Shown one piece after another: positions 1-9,498 of a stretch of 64,000 bases of DNA. The first letter of the stretch is position 1, and every line of letters begins with the position of its first letter. Origin of the DNA: a virus; IMG/VR virus record IMGVR_UViG_3300021962_000044, positions 1-64,000 of that record; one strand, 5' to 3'. Below the pieces are notes generated by a model. The model ran no database searches and was not told the origin of the DNA. It saw only the letters and a program-made list of their open reading frames with translations. The position numbers were made by a program, and so were the translations under genes.

Positions 1-2
1 AT

Positions 3-251
3 TTATATACTAAAGATCAAATTTTATCAGGTGAATTATTGAAAAAAGCGGCTGAAACTGCATACTTTCGTAGTCGTGTGTTTTTGAATTTCCGTGAAAA
101 ATTTATGACTGTCAAAGTTGAGGCACCACAACTTGCTGACAAAATTTCTAATGAAGTAGAACAGTTACTAATTCATGCAGGAAAGACTGGTGTATATGTT
201 AAACACGGTAAAGCTAGTATAATTTTTGAATTCGCACATCGTAAAATTTGA
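3..251 (+). CDS. Hypothetical protein, 5'-truncated by the window edge
   Basis: Frame is open from nt 3 to the stop at 251; the track start at 39 is an internal TTG. Confidence 0.6.
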   Translation, partial: LYTKDQILSGELLKKAAETAYFRSRVFLNFREKFMTVKVEAPQLADKISNEVEQLLIHAGKTGVYVKHGKASIIFEFAHRKI

Positions 252-276
252 CAATAAATGGCATTCGTGCTATAAT
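248..276 (+). promoter_or_regulatory. Sigma70-type early promoter
   Basis: TTGACA-17 nt-TATAAT, followed by AGGAG RBS before ATG 311. Confidence 0.85.
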
Positions 277-310
277 ACTTGTATTGATTGATTAACACAC
301 AGGAGAAGCT

Positions 311-1330
311 ATGTCTACGATTCGCATTTTGTCAGGTTCTTATCGCAATGAAGCAGTTAAAGGTGAAGTGTTTACACTTGTTAAGGGTTTTCAGACAGGT
401 AAAAAAGGTAGTTATGTGACTGTTAAAAATGATGGTCAATTCCCAGGTCGTAGTGCTGAAGTTAAAATCTTAGTAGATACTATTAACAATATTGAATTTT
501 TGAATGGAGAACAAGTGTTAGCAAATACAGTAGAATTTAAAAAAGAAGTAGTAAAAGAAACTGACGAACAAGCAATGGACCGTATTGCTACACGTTTTTC
601 AGTACTTGATGAAATGTCTAAGGCATGTATCAGTGGTGACATACGTGCTATGATTGTGACAGGTCCTGCAGGTATCGGTAAGTCGCATGGTGTAGCATTG
701 CAAATGGAAAAAGCAAGCATGTTTGATCGTCTTGCAAGCAAGAAAATTCGCTTTGAAGTTGTCAAAGGTGCTATGTCAGGTATCGGATTGTTTGCTAAGT
801 TGTACAAATTTTCTGATGCTAAGAACGTTCTAGTTTTTGACGATTGCGATATCTGGGAAGATCAAGACGCTATCAATGTATTGAAAGGTGCATTGGATTC
901 AGGTAAGACACGTAGGATTTCTTGGAATAAAGATTCACGTATTTTGCGTGACGAAGGTATCCCGAATAGTTTCAACTTCAACGGCTCTATCATTTTCATC
1001 ACAAACAAATCGTTTGATGCTAAGAAAGCCGGCAAGATGCAACCTCACTTAGATGCATTGCAGTCTCGTTGTCACTTTCTGGACCTGACAGTTGATAGTG
1101 AACGTGACAAAATGTTGCGTATCAAGCAAGTGCATCGTGACGCTGATGGTGGTTTGTTTGCTGAGTATGATTTTACACAAGAACAGACAGACGAAATTAT
1201 GTCGTTTATCTGGGACAATCATTCTAAATTGCGTGAAGTGTCCTTGCGTATGTGTTTGAAGGTTGCTGACTTAGTTAAGATTAGTGCTAACTGGCGCGAA
1301 CTTGCTAAAGCAACTTGCATGAAGGCATAA
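311..1330 (+). CDS. P-loop AAA+ ATPase
   Basis: Walker A GPAGIGKS, Walker B VLVFDD, sensor ITN, Arg finger LQSR. Confidence 0.8.
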   Translation: MSTIRILSGSYRNEAVKGEVFTLVKGFQTGKKGSYVTVKNDGQFPGRSAEVKILVDTINNIEFLNGEQVLANTVEFKKEVVKETDEQAMDRIATRFSVLDEMSKACISGDIRAMIVTGPAGIGKSHGVALQMEKASMFDRLASKKIRFEVVKGAMSGIGLFAKLYKFSDAKNVLVFDDCDIWEDQDAINVLKGALDSGKTRRISWNKDSRILRDEGIPNSFNFNGSIIFITNKSFDAKKAGKMQPHLDALQSRCHFLDLTVDSERDKMLRIKQVHRDADGGLFAEYDFTQEQTDEIMSFIWDNHSKLREVSLRMCLKVADLVKISANWRELAKATCMKA

Positions 1331-1407
1331 GCCCTGCAGTGTGCGTAACGGCAATGTCAATAAGTCCGTTTCGATAAAGTTTTTCGTTCCTTTCTTTAAG
1401 TACTTTT

Positions 1408-1432
1408 GAGAGACTTCGGTCTCTCCTTTTTT
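1408..1432 (+). terminator. Rho-independent terminator
   Basis: GAGAGAC-TTCG-GTCTCTC plus T run. Confidence 0.9.
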
Positions 1433-1433
1433 A

Positions 1434-1462
1434 TTGATTTTTTGTTTTATTTGTTGTATAAT
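1434..1462 (+). promoter_or_regulatory. Sigma70-type promoter giving a leaderless mRNA
   Basis: TTGATT-17-TATAAT, ATG 6 nt downstream, no SD. Confidence 0.6.
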
Positions 1463-1468
1463 TGCTGA

Positions 1469-2497
1469 ATGATAGAATTGAATAATAAAGAACAGTTAAT
1501 ATATTTTATGATTACCAACTTAAGATTAAGTAGGTATGATATTCGTTTCCTTCAGAACCTTGAAAAAATCATTGTATCTAAAAAACGTATCACTAGCAAT
1601 CAATCAACACTAGTGGATAAACTTATTGAAAAATATGAACGTCAGTTTGTGAAAAATCAAATGTTCATCAAGGAATTAGCAAAACTTCCTTGGAAAACAC
1701 TAGTAGTGGAAACTACTGATGAATACACATCCGCTCATATAGGTATTGTAGATGACAATATCATTTTAAAAACTCCCTACAATAAAGCATTTATTACAGC
1801 ATTCAGATCACTTAGTCAATCTAGTTTTGTATGGGATAATATCAATAAATACTATGTTGCTGATTTAAGTACCTTTTCGTTAAAACTAGCATTACGAATT
1901 ACTGGAACTTTTTTTAATGAGATTAGATATAGCGATAATGTTAAAAAAATATTAAGCCAACAAGAGTATTACAAAGATGCAAAATACTGGACACCCACAT
2001 TAGTTTGTGTTAACGGTAATTATATGATTGCATGTACTAATTCTGCATTAGATGAAGCTATTAAACATATTACCTTAAATACAGAACTATCCACATTAGC
2101 AGAACTAGTACGATATGGAATAGAGATTGATACTAGTATCTTATTAACTGATGAAGAACGATTTGCTGGTTTATATAATCCCAAAGTAGAATTAACAAAT
2201 GTATGTGATATTGTGCCTTGGTTACAAAATATAAAATGTGATTATGTATCGGTATCAGGAGTAGGATTGTCAACTAGTGTGAAGTTTAAAAATGATTTAA
2301 AACAAGCATTAGAAATTGCAGGTATAAAGTATAATGATTCTTCACGTTTTATGACGCATGATAGTTTAAGTAAGTATAAATTTCCTGTAGTAATCAAATT
2401 CAAATTGATAACTGATGCAGAACAGGTTAATGCCGCAAAAGTAATCAATGTAATAAATAGTCAACCAGTTAACTTGGAAAAGAATGAAACAATGTAA
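1469..2497 (+). CDS. Hypothetical protein coupled to the helicase gene
   Basis: 342-aa ORF overlapping the helicase start. Confidence 0.7.
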   Translation: MIELNNKEQLIYFMITNLRLSRYDIRFLQNLEKIIVSKKRITSNQSTLVDKLIEKYERQFVKNQMFIKELAKLPWKTLVVETTDEYTSAHIGIVDDNIILKTPYNKAFITAFRSLSQSSFVWDNINKYYVADLSTFSLKLALRITGTFFNEIRYSDNVKKILSQQEYYKDAKYWTPTLVCVNGNYMIACTNSALDEAIKHITLNTELSTLAELVRYGIEIDTSILLTDEERFAGLYNPKVELTNVCDIVPWLQNIKCDYVSVSGVGLSTSVKFKNDLKQALEIAGIKYNDSSRFMTHDSLSKYKFPVVIKFKLITDAEQVNAAKVINVINSQPVNLEKNETM

Positions 2498-3941
2498 AAT
2501 AATCGTCAAAGACGAAGTGAATGTAAAGATAGAGGGACTTGAACTATCAGAGCGCAAAGCACTGATGAAAATGTTTGAGTACGAAATACCCGGAGCACGT
2601 TATTTACCCGCAGTAAGACTAGGTAGATGGAATGGTAAGGTAAGCTATTTCAGTTTAGCGGGTAGCACATACATTAACTTGTTACCTGAAATACTTCCTT
2701 ATCTAGACAATGCAGGATATGATATTGAGTTAGATGATTTAAGAGATTATACTACAACCTTTACTTTTGACAAAGTGTCCGAGGATACATTCAAAAATAA
2801 GAACTGGCCTAAAGGTCATCCCAAAGAAGGACAACCGGTAGAACTACGTGACTATCAAATTGAAATTGTAAACAACTTCTTAGAGAATCCACAATCATTA
2901 CAAGAAATTGCTACAGGTGCAGGCAAAACGTTAATGACTGCCGCACTAAGTTATAGTATTGAGAAGTATGGACGTAGTATTGTTATCGTCCCAAATAAAT
3001 CACTAGTAACCCAAACAGAAGCAGATTACATTAATCTTGGATTAGATGTTGGTGTATACTTTGGTGATCGCAAAGAATATAACAAAACACATACAATCTG
3101 TACTTGGCAAAGCCTTAACAATATGCTTAAGAAAACAAAGTCGGGTGAAGCTGAAGTTGAGATAGGTGACTTTATTGAAGGTGTGGTATGTGTAATGGTT
3201 GACGAAGTACATATGGCAAAAGCAGATGCATTGAAAACATTGCTTACAAGTGTATTTGCTAAAGTGCCCATTCGCTGGGGATTGACTGGAACTATTCCTA
3301 AAGCTAAGTTTGAAGCACAGAGTATATTTGTTAGTTTGGGTAATGTTATTGGTAAACTAAGTGCTAGTGAATTACAAGATCAGGGTGTTCTTGCACGTTG
3401 TCACGTTAACATTATGCAGTTACAAGATGGCAAAGAGTTTACCAACTATCAAAGCGAACTAAAACACTTGTTAGAAGATAGTGAACGATTGGATAAGATT
3501 GCTAGTTTAATTAGTGGTATCAATGATACAGGTAATACATTGATTCTTGTTGATAGAGTTAATGCAGGAAAAGAGATTGTTAACAGATTGCCTGGTAGCG
3601 TATTCGTTAGCGGTGCTACTAATATGACTGAAAGGAAAGAGGAATATGATGAAGTTGCCACTAGTACGAATAAAATTATTGTTGCGACTTATGGAGTTGC
3701 GGCTGTTGGCATTAATATACCTAGGATATTTAACCTTGTTTTGTTGGAGCCAGGAAAGAGTTTTGTTCGGGTTATCCAAAGTATTGGACGTGGAATTCGA
3801 AAAGCAGAAGATAAAGACCACGTACAAATCTACGACATAACTAGCAGTTGTAAGTTTGCTAAACGGCATTTGACCCAACGCAAGGCTTTTTACCGTGAAG
3901 CCAATTACCCCTTTGATGTAGAAAAGTTGACGTACAAATAA
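2484..3941 (+). CDS. uvsW: SF2 DNA helicase, UvsW-like
   Basis: LRDYQ Q-motif, ATGAGKT, DEVH, GLTGT, QSIGRGIR. Confidence 0.85.
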   Translation: MKQCKIIVKDEVNVKIEGLELSERKALMKMFEYEIPGARYLPAVRLGRWNGKVSYFSLAGSTYINLLPEILPYLDNAGYDIELDDLRDYTTTFTFDKVSEDTFKNKNWPKGHPKEGQPVELRDYQIEIVNNFLENPQSLQEIATGAGKTLMTAALSYSIEKYGRSIVIVPNKSLVTQTEADYINLGLDVGVYFGDRKEYNKTHTICTWQSLNNMLKKTKSGEAEVEIGDFIEGVVCVMVDEVHMAKADALKTLLTSVFAKVPIRWGLTGTIPKAKFEAQSIFVSLGNVIGKLSASELQDQGVLARCHVNIMQLQDGKEFTNYQSELKHLLEDSERLDKIASLISGINDTGNTLILVDRVNAGKEIVNRLPGSVFVSGATNMTERKEEYDEVATSTNKIIVATYGVAAVGINIPRIFNLVLLEPGKSFVRVIQSIGRGIRKAEDKDHVQIYDITSSCKFAKRHLTQRKAFYREANYPFDVEKLTYK

Positions 3942-4535
3942 TTATAAATATTCCCAGCCTGATCTACCGCGTTTTATTAACCCTCGGATAGCCTGACCAC
4001 TAATACCATATGATAATCCGGCTAGTTTTGTACTAGGAAAATGTTCTCCTGAGGGAGAAATACAAGGTCGATTGCGGTATTCTGCTAGTTTTTTCTTAGA
4101 ATTAGTTGTATGTGTTTTTCCTTTAAAAGGAGATTTTCTGCCCCTAGCACTATCAGCCATTTTTTGTTTGGTATCATCACTATGCTTTTTAATACCTTTA
4201 GTAAGCGCAGACATTGCAGCCGATGCTTCACGTTTCAATTGCTCATACAACCTTGATGATATTTTATATCTATTATGTAGTTTTGAATGTGCGGTCATCA
4301 TATCCACAGCCTTAATCATTTGAAATTTTGCTTTTCCCTCAACCATTTTAACTAATAATCTATGACAAATAAAATGCTCTCTGGCTGTTAATCTAATTAA
4401 ATTATCTTTTTTATTAGTACCGCCGAGACACTTTGGGATTATATGATGTTTTTCCGAGTATTCATCCAAAACTCTTGCTTTTGCTCTATTAACTATGTTA
4501 TTATACGTTATGGTATACTTATTATCTAAATACAT
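3942..4535 (-). CDS. HNH homing endonuclease with NUMOD3-like repeats
   Basis: EKHHIIPKCLGG..N..NL..LTAREHFICH; KHSDDTKQKMA and GKTHT repeats; ATG 4535 preceded by AAGGAG (track start 4607 is too long). Confidence 0.85.
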   Translation of the reverse strand: MYLDNKYTITYNNIVNRAKARVLDEYSEKHHIIPKCLGGTNKKDNLIRLTAREHFICHRLLVKMVEGKAKFQMIKAVDMMTAHSKLHNRYKISSRLYEQLKREASAAMSALTKGIKKHSDDTKQKMADSARGRKSPFKGKTHTTNSKKKLAEYRNRPCISPSGEHFPSTKLAGLSYGISGQAIRGLIKRGRSGWEYL

Positions 4536-4603
4536 TGCTGATTGCTCCTTTGTAGCGTTAGAGAGGGTGGGAACTGCAATTCCGCGACCCTCACACTTAT
4601 TTA
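4536..4603 (-). ncRNA. Late promoter plus conserved structured 5' leader of the HNH gene (candidate cis-regulatory RNA)
   Basis: TAAATA-5nt-GAGGGT cgcGG..CC c ACCCTC TCTAACGCT..AAGGAGC.ATCAGC; matches 24872-24936 with compensatory changes. Confidence 0.7.
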
Positions 4604-4618
4604 TCACGGAGAACTAAA

Positions 4619-5119
4619 ATTCGCATCCTAACACTAGACAATGAGTTCTATAACCTAGAAACACTTCCCGAAGAAATTGATGACCTGCGTTTTGCTATAT
4701 TGGACAATAGTAATCCCTCAAACGTAGATTATCATTACATTCCACTAATCTTTTTGGAATCATTTAACAGTCCTGCACTTGTATTAAAGATTGGTAACAG
4801 CACTATTAAGATGCCAGTGGATTGGCAAATACTAATTGGCGAACAAGAACATGGGGACTTAGAGACATTACCATTAACAAGTATCAATGATAGAGGCTTC
4901 AATGCATTTGAGTTTAATCCATTAAGTTCATTCAGTCCCTCATTCGTACCTATCGAGATTGTAGATATCTATCACGATGTAACATGGTATGCACCTCGCT
5001 TGAAAAACGGACAGTTCTTATGTGTGCCGATTGATGATGGACCTAAACCTCGCTGTGTATATTTTGTTAAAGAAATTAGTCGTAATTGTGAAATAGTAGA
5101 TTATAGTCAGGCATTCTAA
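4619..5119 (+). CDS. Hypothetical protein, probable ATT start
   Basis: Frame is open upstream of 4700 (IRILTLDNEFYNLETLPEEIDDLRFAILDNS); GGAG lies 7 nt before ATT at 4619; no in-frame ATG upstream of 4700. Confidence 0.65.
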   Translation: MRILTLDNEFYNLETLPEEIDDLRFAILDNSNPSNVDYHYIPLIFLESFNSPALVLKIGNSTIKMPVDWQILIGEQEHGDLETLPLTSINDRGFNAFEFNPLSSFSPSFVPIEIVDIYHDVTWYAPRLKNGQFLCVPIDDGPKPRCVYFVKEISRNCEIVDYSQAF

Positions 5120-5709
5120 TGGCAACGAAAAAGAGTACACCTACTGATGAAAAGTTTGAAGGGCAAGACTTTGACTTGTTTGATGCTCTTACAGCTATGG
5201 ATAAAAAAGACTATGGTTATTATGACAGATTAACAGAAGAACAACAAAAGAAGTTTGTTCCCTATATGATGACACATTGGATGAGTGCTATTAAAGGATC
5301 GGGTGACGTTCAGGGCTATTATTTACGTAGTGTTGACTATCACGCAAACAAACATCTATTCAATGAATATGTACAGAAACATCCTAAATTGCAATGGTAT
5401 ATGTTATGTGCTAGTAGTCCTGGATTAGGAAAACAGTTCCATCAATGGATTCCCCATTTAGGTAGCAAAGTTACATCATTAAAAGAACCTGCAAAAGCAA
5501 AAGATATCAAAGAATATTACACTAAGATTTATCCCAAAGTTGGTGCAGATGATATTGATGAGATTGCTAAGGCCTTTGTAGTAGAACATAAACGTAAATG
5601 TTATCTAGCAGAAACATTCCCTAACTTAAAACAATCGGATATAGAAGTTCTTAGTCAATTGGTGACTGAAGAAGAAATTAAGCAATATGAAAAAGACCGA
5701 GGAAACTAA
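5119..5709 (+). CDS. Probable clamp-loader small subunit (T4 gp62-like)
   Basis: FVPYMMTHWMS..N..KHPKLQW..KQFHQWI pattern resembles gp62; a gp44-like gene lies at 52256. Confidence 0.55.
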   Translation: MATKKSTPTDEKFEGQDFDLFDALTAMDKKDYGYYDRLTEEQQKKFVPYMMTHWMSAIKGSGDVQGYYLRSVDYHANKHLFNEYVQKHPKLQWYMLCASSPGLGKQFHQWIPHLGSKVTSLKEPAKAKDIKEYYTKIYPKVGADDIDEIAKAFVVEHKRKCYLAETFPNLKQSDIEVLSQLVTEEEIKQYEKDRGN

Positions 5710-6385
5710 ATCACTACATGGTTGTGAGTTCTGTAAAGCTACGTTCCAACGTGAAAGCACAGTACTTAAACATATATGTGAAACTAAACGTAGATGGTTA
5801 GAACGTGACCGTCAAGGTAATCGTGTGGGTTTTCAAGCTTGGCTACAGTTTTATAAGAAAAATACTGCAGGTACAAAAAATCGTACATATGAGGAATTCA
5901 TTAAGAATCCTTATTACCTTGCGTTCATTAAGTTTGGTCTATATTGTGTAGAGATTAAGTGTATTAATGTAAGTAGATTTAGTGATTGGTTATTAAAGAA
6001 TTCAATTCGTATTGATAACTGGCGACAAGACAGTAACTATACAAAGTTCTTATGTGAATATTTACGAACAGAAGATCCATTAGATGCGATACATCGTAGC
6101 ATTGAAACTACAATGGATAAAGCTGAAAATGAAAAAATTCAAAGCAGAGATTATTTACGCTATGGCAATGTAAATAATATATGTTATGAGATTGCCAGAG
6201 GACGAATTAGTCCATGGATGTTATATCAAAGTTCTAGTGGTGTAAGATTTTTAGATACATTACGTGATGACCAGCAGAAGATGATTATTGACTATATCAA
6301 TCCAGAGCAATGGGCCATTAAGTTTAAACGTGAACCAGAAAACGTGAAACAAGTTAAGGAATTATTAAATGCGGGCGGGTACTAG
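5687..6385 (+). CDS. Hypothetical protein with N-terminal zinc finger
   Basis: CEFC...F.....L.KH.C. Confidence 0.65.
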   Translation: MKKTEETKSLHGCEFCKATFQRESTVLKHICETKRRWLERDRQGNRVGFQAWLQFYKKNTAGTKNRTYEEFIKNPYYLAFIKFGLYCVEIKCINVSRFSDWLLKNSIRIDNWRQDSNYTKFLCEYLRTEDPLDAIHRSIETTMDKAENEKIQSRDYLRYGNVNNICYEIARGRISPWMLYQSSSGVRFLDTLRDDQQKMIIDYINPEQWAIKFKREPENVKQVKELLNAGGY

Positions 6386-6563
6386 AGTTCGTATACCATG
6401 GCAGAAAGGTGATATTATAGATTGGAATCAAACCTGTGCTTGGGCTATGGAACAGTTTGGATTACCCGGTGATAGATATGTTACACACTCAACTGAAAAT
6501 TATTTGGATTTCTATTTCAAGGATGAACGTGATGCTATTCTTTTTGAGTTGACCCGTGGCTGA
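6369..6563 (+). CDS. Small FxLxW-family protein 1
   Basis: W..EQFG..FYFKDERDAILFEL. Confidence 0.6.
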   Translation: MRAGTRVRIPWQKGDIIDWNQTCAWAMEQFGLPGDRYVTHSTENYLDFYFKDERDAILFELTRG

Positions 6564-6771
6564 CGTTATCCTATATATTACCGCCAAAAGAACTATGGAA
6601 ATAGGACATGAGTTACGAAACATGGGTTATATTCAGGGTGTTGATTTTGACTATGCTTACTACCAAGAGAAGTATGACAACTTTAGCCATGAACCTATTG
6701 TGAAACGACATGCAAGATTTACTTTTTACAATGATACTAATGCTAGTTATTTTGCGTTGAGGTGGGGATGA
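6556..6771 (+). CDS. Small FxLxW-family protein 2
   Basis: C-terminal FTFYNDTNASYFALRWG; GTG start overlaps the previous gene. Confidence 0.65.
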   Translation: MADVILYITAKRTMEIGHELRNMGYIQGVDFDYAYYQEKYDNFSHEPIVKRHARFTFYNDTNASYFALRWG

Positions 6772-7085
6772 ATATAACAGAAGAAATTATTAATCAAGTA
6801 GCCGATCAAATGGCTAAAGATATTGACGCAATGGTGTTAATGTCTGCATTAGGATGGCATTCTTTTGATTTTAATAAAGGTACCGTTTATGGTCAACCGT
6901 ATTTGACTGTACAACCATTGGACAGTATTAAATGGAAAGAAATGGAAGCATGGATGGTAGAAACATTTGGACCTACAGCACACGACGGTGTATGGACACC
7001 TGACATGAGATGGTATATGAATAATTCTAAGTTTTGGTTTCGTAACAAAAAAGATTTAGAATGGTTTCTACTAAGATGGCAATAA
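6768..7085 (+). CDS. Small FxLxW-family protein 3
   Basis: WMVETFG..FWFRNKKDLEWFLLRWQ; ATGA overlap. Confidence 0.7.
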   Translation: MNITEEIINQVADQMAKDIDAMVLMSALGWHSFDFNKGTVYGQPYLTVQPLDSIKWKEMEAWMVETFGPTAHDGVWTPDMRWYMNNSKFWFRNKKDLEWFLLRWQ

Positions 7086-7315
7086 TTGAACATTATGAAC
7101 GAGACCGTAGTTGGGATGAAACTAAACCTGGTTGGTATGAATGTAGTGTGAAAATAAAACGTATTGACAAATACTTAGAATTAATCGATTGGTTATATGC
7201 CAATATAGGAAAATGTGAAAGACATTGTAGATGGCGTACTACTTCCGATGATACAGTTAGTGTCAAGTTTAGATATGAAAAAGATTATATTATGTTTACG
7301 TTGAGGTGGAGTTGA
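7076..7315 (+). CDS. Small FxLxW-family protein 4
   Basis: WLYANIG..KFRYEKDYIMFTLRWS. Confidence 0.7.
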   Translation: MAIIEHYERDRSWDETKPGWYECSVKIKRIDKYLELIDWLYANIGKCERHCRWRTTSDDTVSVKFRYEKDYIMFTLRWS

Positions 7316-7581
7316 TGGCAACCATACCTCAAATACAAGATTACGATGACGATGATCCAAATATAGAACAGCGTAAAAAGCGTTGGGATTATTGGACAGC
7401 ATTGAAACTTGTACGTAAAGAATATATGGAACAAAACAAAGAGTTTGACGCATATGATTTTGAAGATTACCTTATAGGACAATATGGTATAAGAATGAAC
7501 ATTATTAATGGCAACATAACTGATGGTTATGAGATTGTTGACGAAAAGAAGTACCTAATATTTTTATTAAAATTCCAATGA
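7315..7581 (+). CDS. Small FxLxW-family protein 5
   Basis: IVDEKKYLIFLLKFQ; TGATG coupling. Confidence 0.65.
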   Translation: MATIPQIQDYDDDDPNIEQRKKRWDYWTALKLVRKEYMEQNKEFDAYDFEDYLIGQYGIRMNIINGNITDGYEIVDEKKYLIFLLKFQ

Positions 7582-7925
7582 ACCAATTATTTCCCATAAC
7601 CTCTATACAAAACAACAAATTTATGTTATCATGGCCTAACTGGGATAACATTAAACAGTTTGATACAAAAAAATTATTAATAGAATTATTGTTTAAAGAT
7701 ATGAAAGTTAAAGAAGCTGGAGTTGCATTAGATATGTATGACGGTGAGATAGATATTATGTGGATAGACCATCAATGGTGGATGAAAGATATCAATGGTG
7801 AATATGCAAAGTACCTAGAAGATATGTATACAATTAAAGGTGTAGCTTTTAATAGTGAAATAGAAGCATTGAAGCTACGAGATTACTTAGAGAAAAAATA
7901 TATTTGGAAAACATTGCAGGCGTAA
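7578..7925 (+). CDS. Hypothetical protein
   Basis: 115-aa ORF with ATGA overlap. Confidence 0.65.
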   Translation: MNQLFPITSIQNNKFMLSWPNWDNIKQFDTKKLLIELLFKDMKVKEAGVALDMYDGEIDIMWIDHQWWMKDINGEYAKYLEDMYTIKGVAFNSEIEALKLRDYLEKKYIWKTLQA

Positions 7926-7926
7926 T

Positions 7927-8481
7927 ATGGCACAAGACATAATGATAGATATGGAAACACTTGACACAAGTCCTGATTGTGTTATCTTAACCATTGGTGC
8001 AGTAAGATTTGATCCTAAAGGTAGTGGAGTTGTTGAAAGACTAGAATTACGACCTACTATTGAAGAACAAACAGAAATTTATAATAGGAGTATAAATGAA
8101 GATACATTACGCTGGTGGGGTGAGCAAAGTCCGGCAGCTCTTGAAGAGGCTATGGGAGAAAATGGCAGAATTCCATTTAAAGAATGTATGGAAATACTTT
8201 ATAAGTTTTGTTGGAATCGCCGTGCTGTGTGGAGTAATGGTGCATCATTTGATGTGGTTGTGGCAGAGTCGGCCTGGAGAAACCTTGAAATGCGAACCCC
8301 CTGGCCTTTCTACACCGTTAGAGATACACGTACCTTGTATGAGATAACTGGAGTAAGTCTTAAAGACGGCGGTCACGTAACCAGTCACAAAGCAGTTGAA
8401 GATGCCGAAAGACAAGCAATTGTTGTACAAAAAGCGTATACTAAATTAATTAAAGCAGAACTGGTACCTCCCCCAAAATGA
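7927..8481 (+). CDS. DEDDh 3'-5' exonuclease
   Basis: IDMETL, SNGASFD, RDTRT, HKAVEDA. Confidence 0.85.
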   Translation: MAQDIMIDMETLDTSPDCVILTIGAVRFDPKGSGVVERLELRPTIEEQTEIYNRSINEDTLRWWGEQSPAALEEAMGENGRIPFKECMEILYKFCWNRRAVWSNGASFDVVVAESAWRNLEMRTPWPFYTVRDTRTLYEITGVSLKDGGHVTSHKAVEDAERQAIVVQKAYTKLIKAELVPPPK

Positions 8482-9041
8482 GAATAGACTCAGATATTGA
8501 CATTGACTTTGGTGATAGAGATAAGTTATTACAACTTATAAAATATACGCCGGCAGCAATGCGTAATGTAAAACCAATACGTAAACATGCTACCGGTGTA
8601 TATGTTACTGACATTCCATATGATCCAGTCAACAGTATGTCAAGTATTGATTATACAGTTGCAGATAAACGTGGATATTTTAAATTAGACTTATTGAATG
8701 TTCATGTGTATAGTCAGGTTAGTGATGAACTGCATTTAATAGAATTAATGCGAGAACCTAACTGGGATAAACTTAAAGATCCTGTATTTGTAGAGAAATT
8801 AATTCACTTAAATAATCAATTTTATAATTTACAAAAAATGCCGGAACCAGTAGATAGTATTCCTAGATTAGCTATGTTTCTAGCTGTAATTCGTCCTGGT
8901 AAGAAGCATTTAATAGGTGAACGATGGATTAATGTTGCTAAAACTGTATGGGATAAAGGTACAGACGGGTATGTGTTTAAAAAGTCGCATAGTTTAGCCT
9001 ATTCACAGCTAGTTGTAGTTCATATGAACCTATTAGGGTAA
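8478..9041 (+). CDS. dnaE: DNA polymerase III alpha-like catalytic fragment (C-part of split mini-DnaE)
   Basis: DIDIDF, KHATGVYV, FKLDLL, AVIRPG and GYVFKKSHSLAY match DnaE motifs. Confidence 0.8.
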   Translation: MRIDSDIDIDFGDRDKLLQLIKYTPAAMRNVKPIRKHATGVYVTDIPYDPVNSMSSIDYTVADKRGYFKLDLLNVHVYSQVSDELHLIELMREPNWDKLKDPVFVEKLIHLNNQFYNLQKMPEPVDSIPRLAMFLAVIRPGKKHLIGERWINVAKTVWDKGTDGYVFKKSHSLAYSQLVVVHMNLLG

Positions 9042-9413
9042 GCGTTTAACTAATGTAATACTACGGCGTTTGCTTCTACGTTTATTTAATTCAATTATAC
9101 TACAGACAGGACCATGTAGTATAGTAAGACTTTTGTTATTAAATGTCCTAATATAGGGCTTAAATATACTCCATTCATCTTTTAAAAATAGATTGATGGG
9201 TATTAATCTATTACTTTCCCACCACCAAACATCACCTAATTCTAAGAATTTCTCTTTAATAGCGTTATCTATTATAGAACCGTAATCATATATAGTGGTG
9301 ACTATATCGTCCCTATTTTGAACAATTCCTACATAATCTTGATTTGCGTAGGAACAAATAGTTATGAAGGGGTGATTTTCGCCTAATCGTTTAAAAAACT
9401 CGTTTTGTATCAT
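9033..9413 (-). CDS. Hypothetical protein
   Basis: Probable ATG 9413 (MIQNEFF) downstream of a TAAATA element. Confidence 0.65.
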   Translation of the reverse strand: MIQNEFFKRLGENHPFITICSYANQDYVGIVQNRDDIVTTIYDYGSIIDNAIKEKFLELGDVWWWESNRLIPINLFLKDEWSIFKPYIRTFNNKSLTILHGPVCSIIELNKRRSKRRSITLVKRLP

Positions 9414-9498
9414 TAAAATTATAGTCTCGGATATATTTATCGGGCAAACCAAACCATTAATAAATTAATATATAAATACACAATAGGAGATTACATTT

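Noticed and set aside
4536-4603. Known self-cleaving ribozyme or HEARO/omega RNA identity for the endonuclease leader
   Set aside because: No hammerhead, HDV, twister or pistol consensus recognised; too short for omega RNA, and the proteins are not IscB/TnpB.
3942-4607. Group I intron around the endonuclease genes (also 24937 and 30491)
   Set aside because: Flanking genes appear complete, two nucleases are antisense, and there is no room for P/Q/R/S core elements.
8478-9041. Split intein in dnaE
   Set aside because: No intein N-terminal Cys/Ser block after the N-part and no His-Asn/Cys junction before the C-part.
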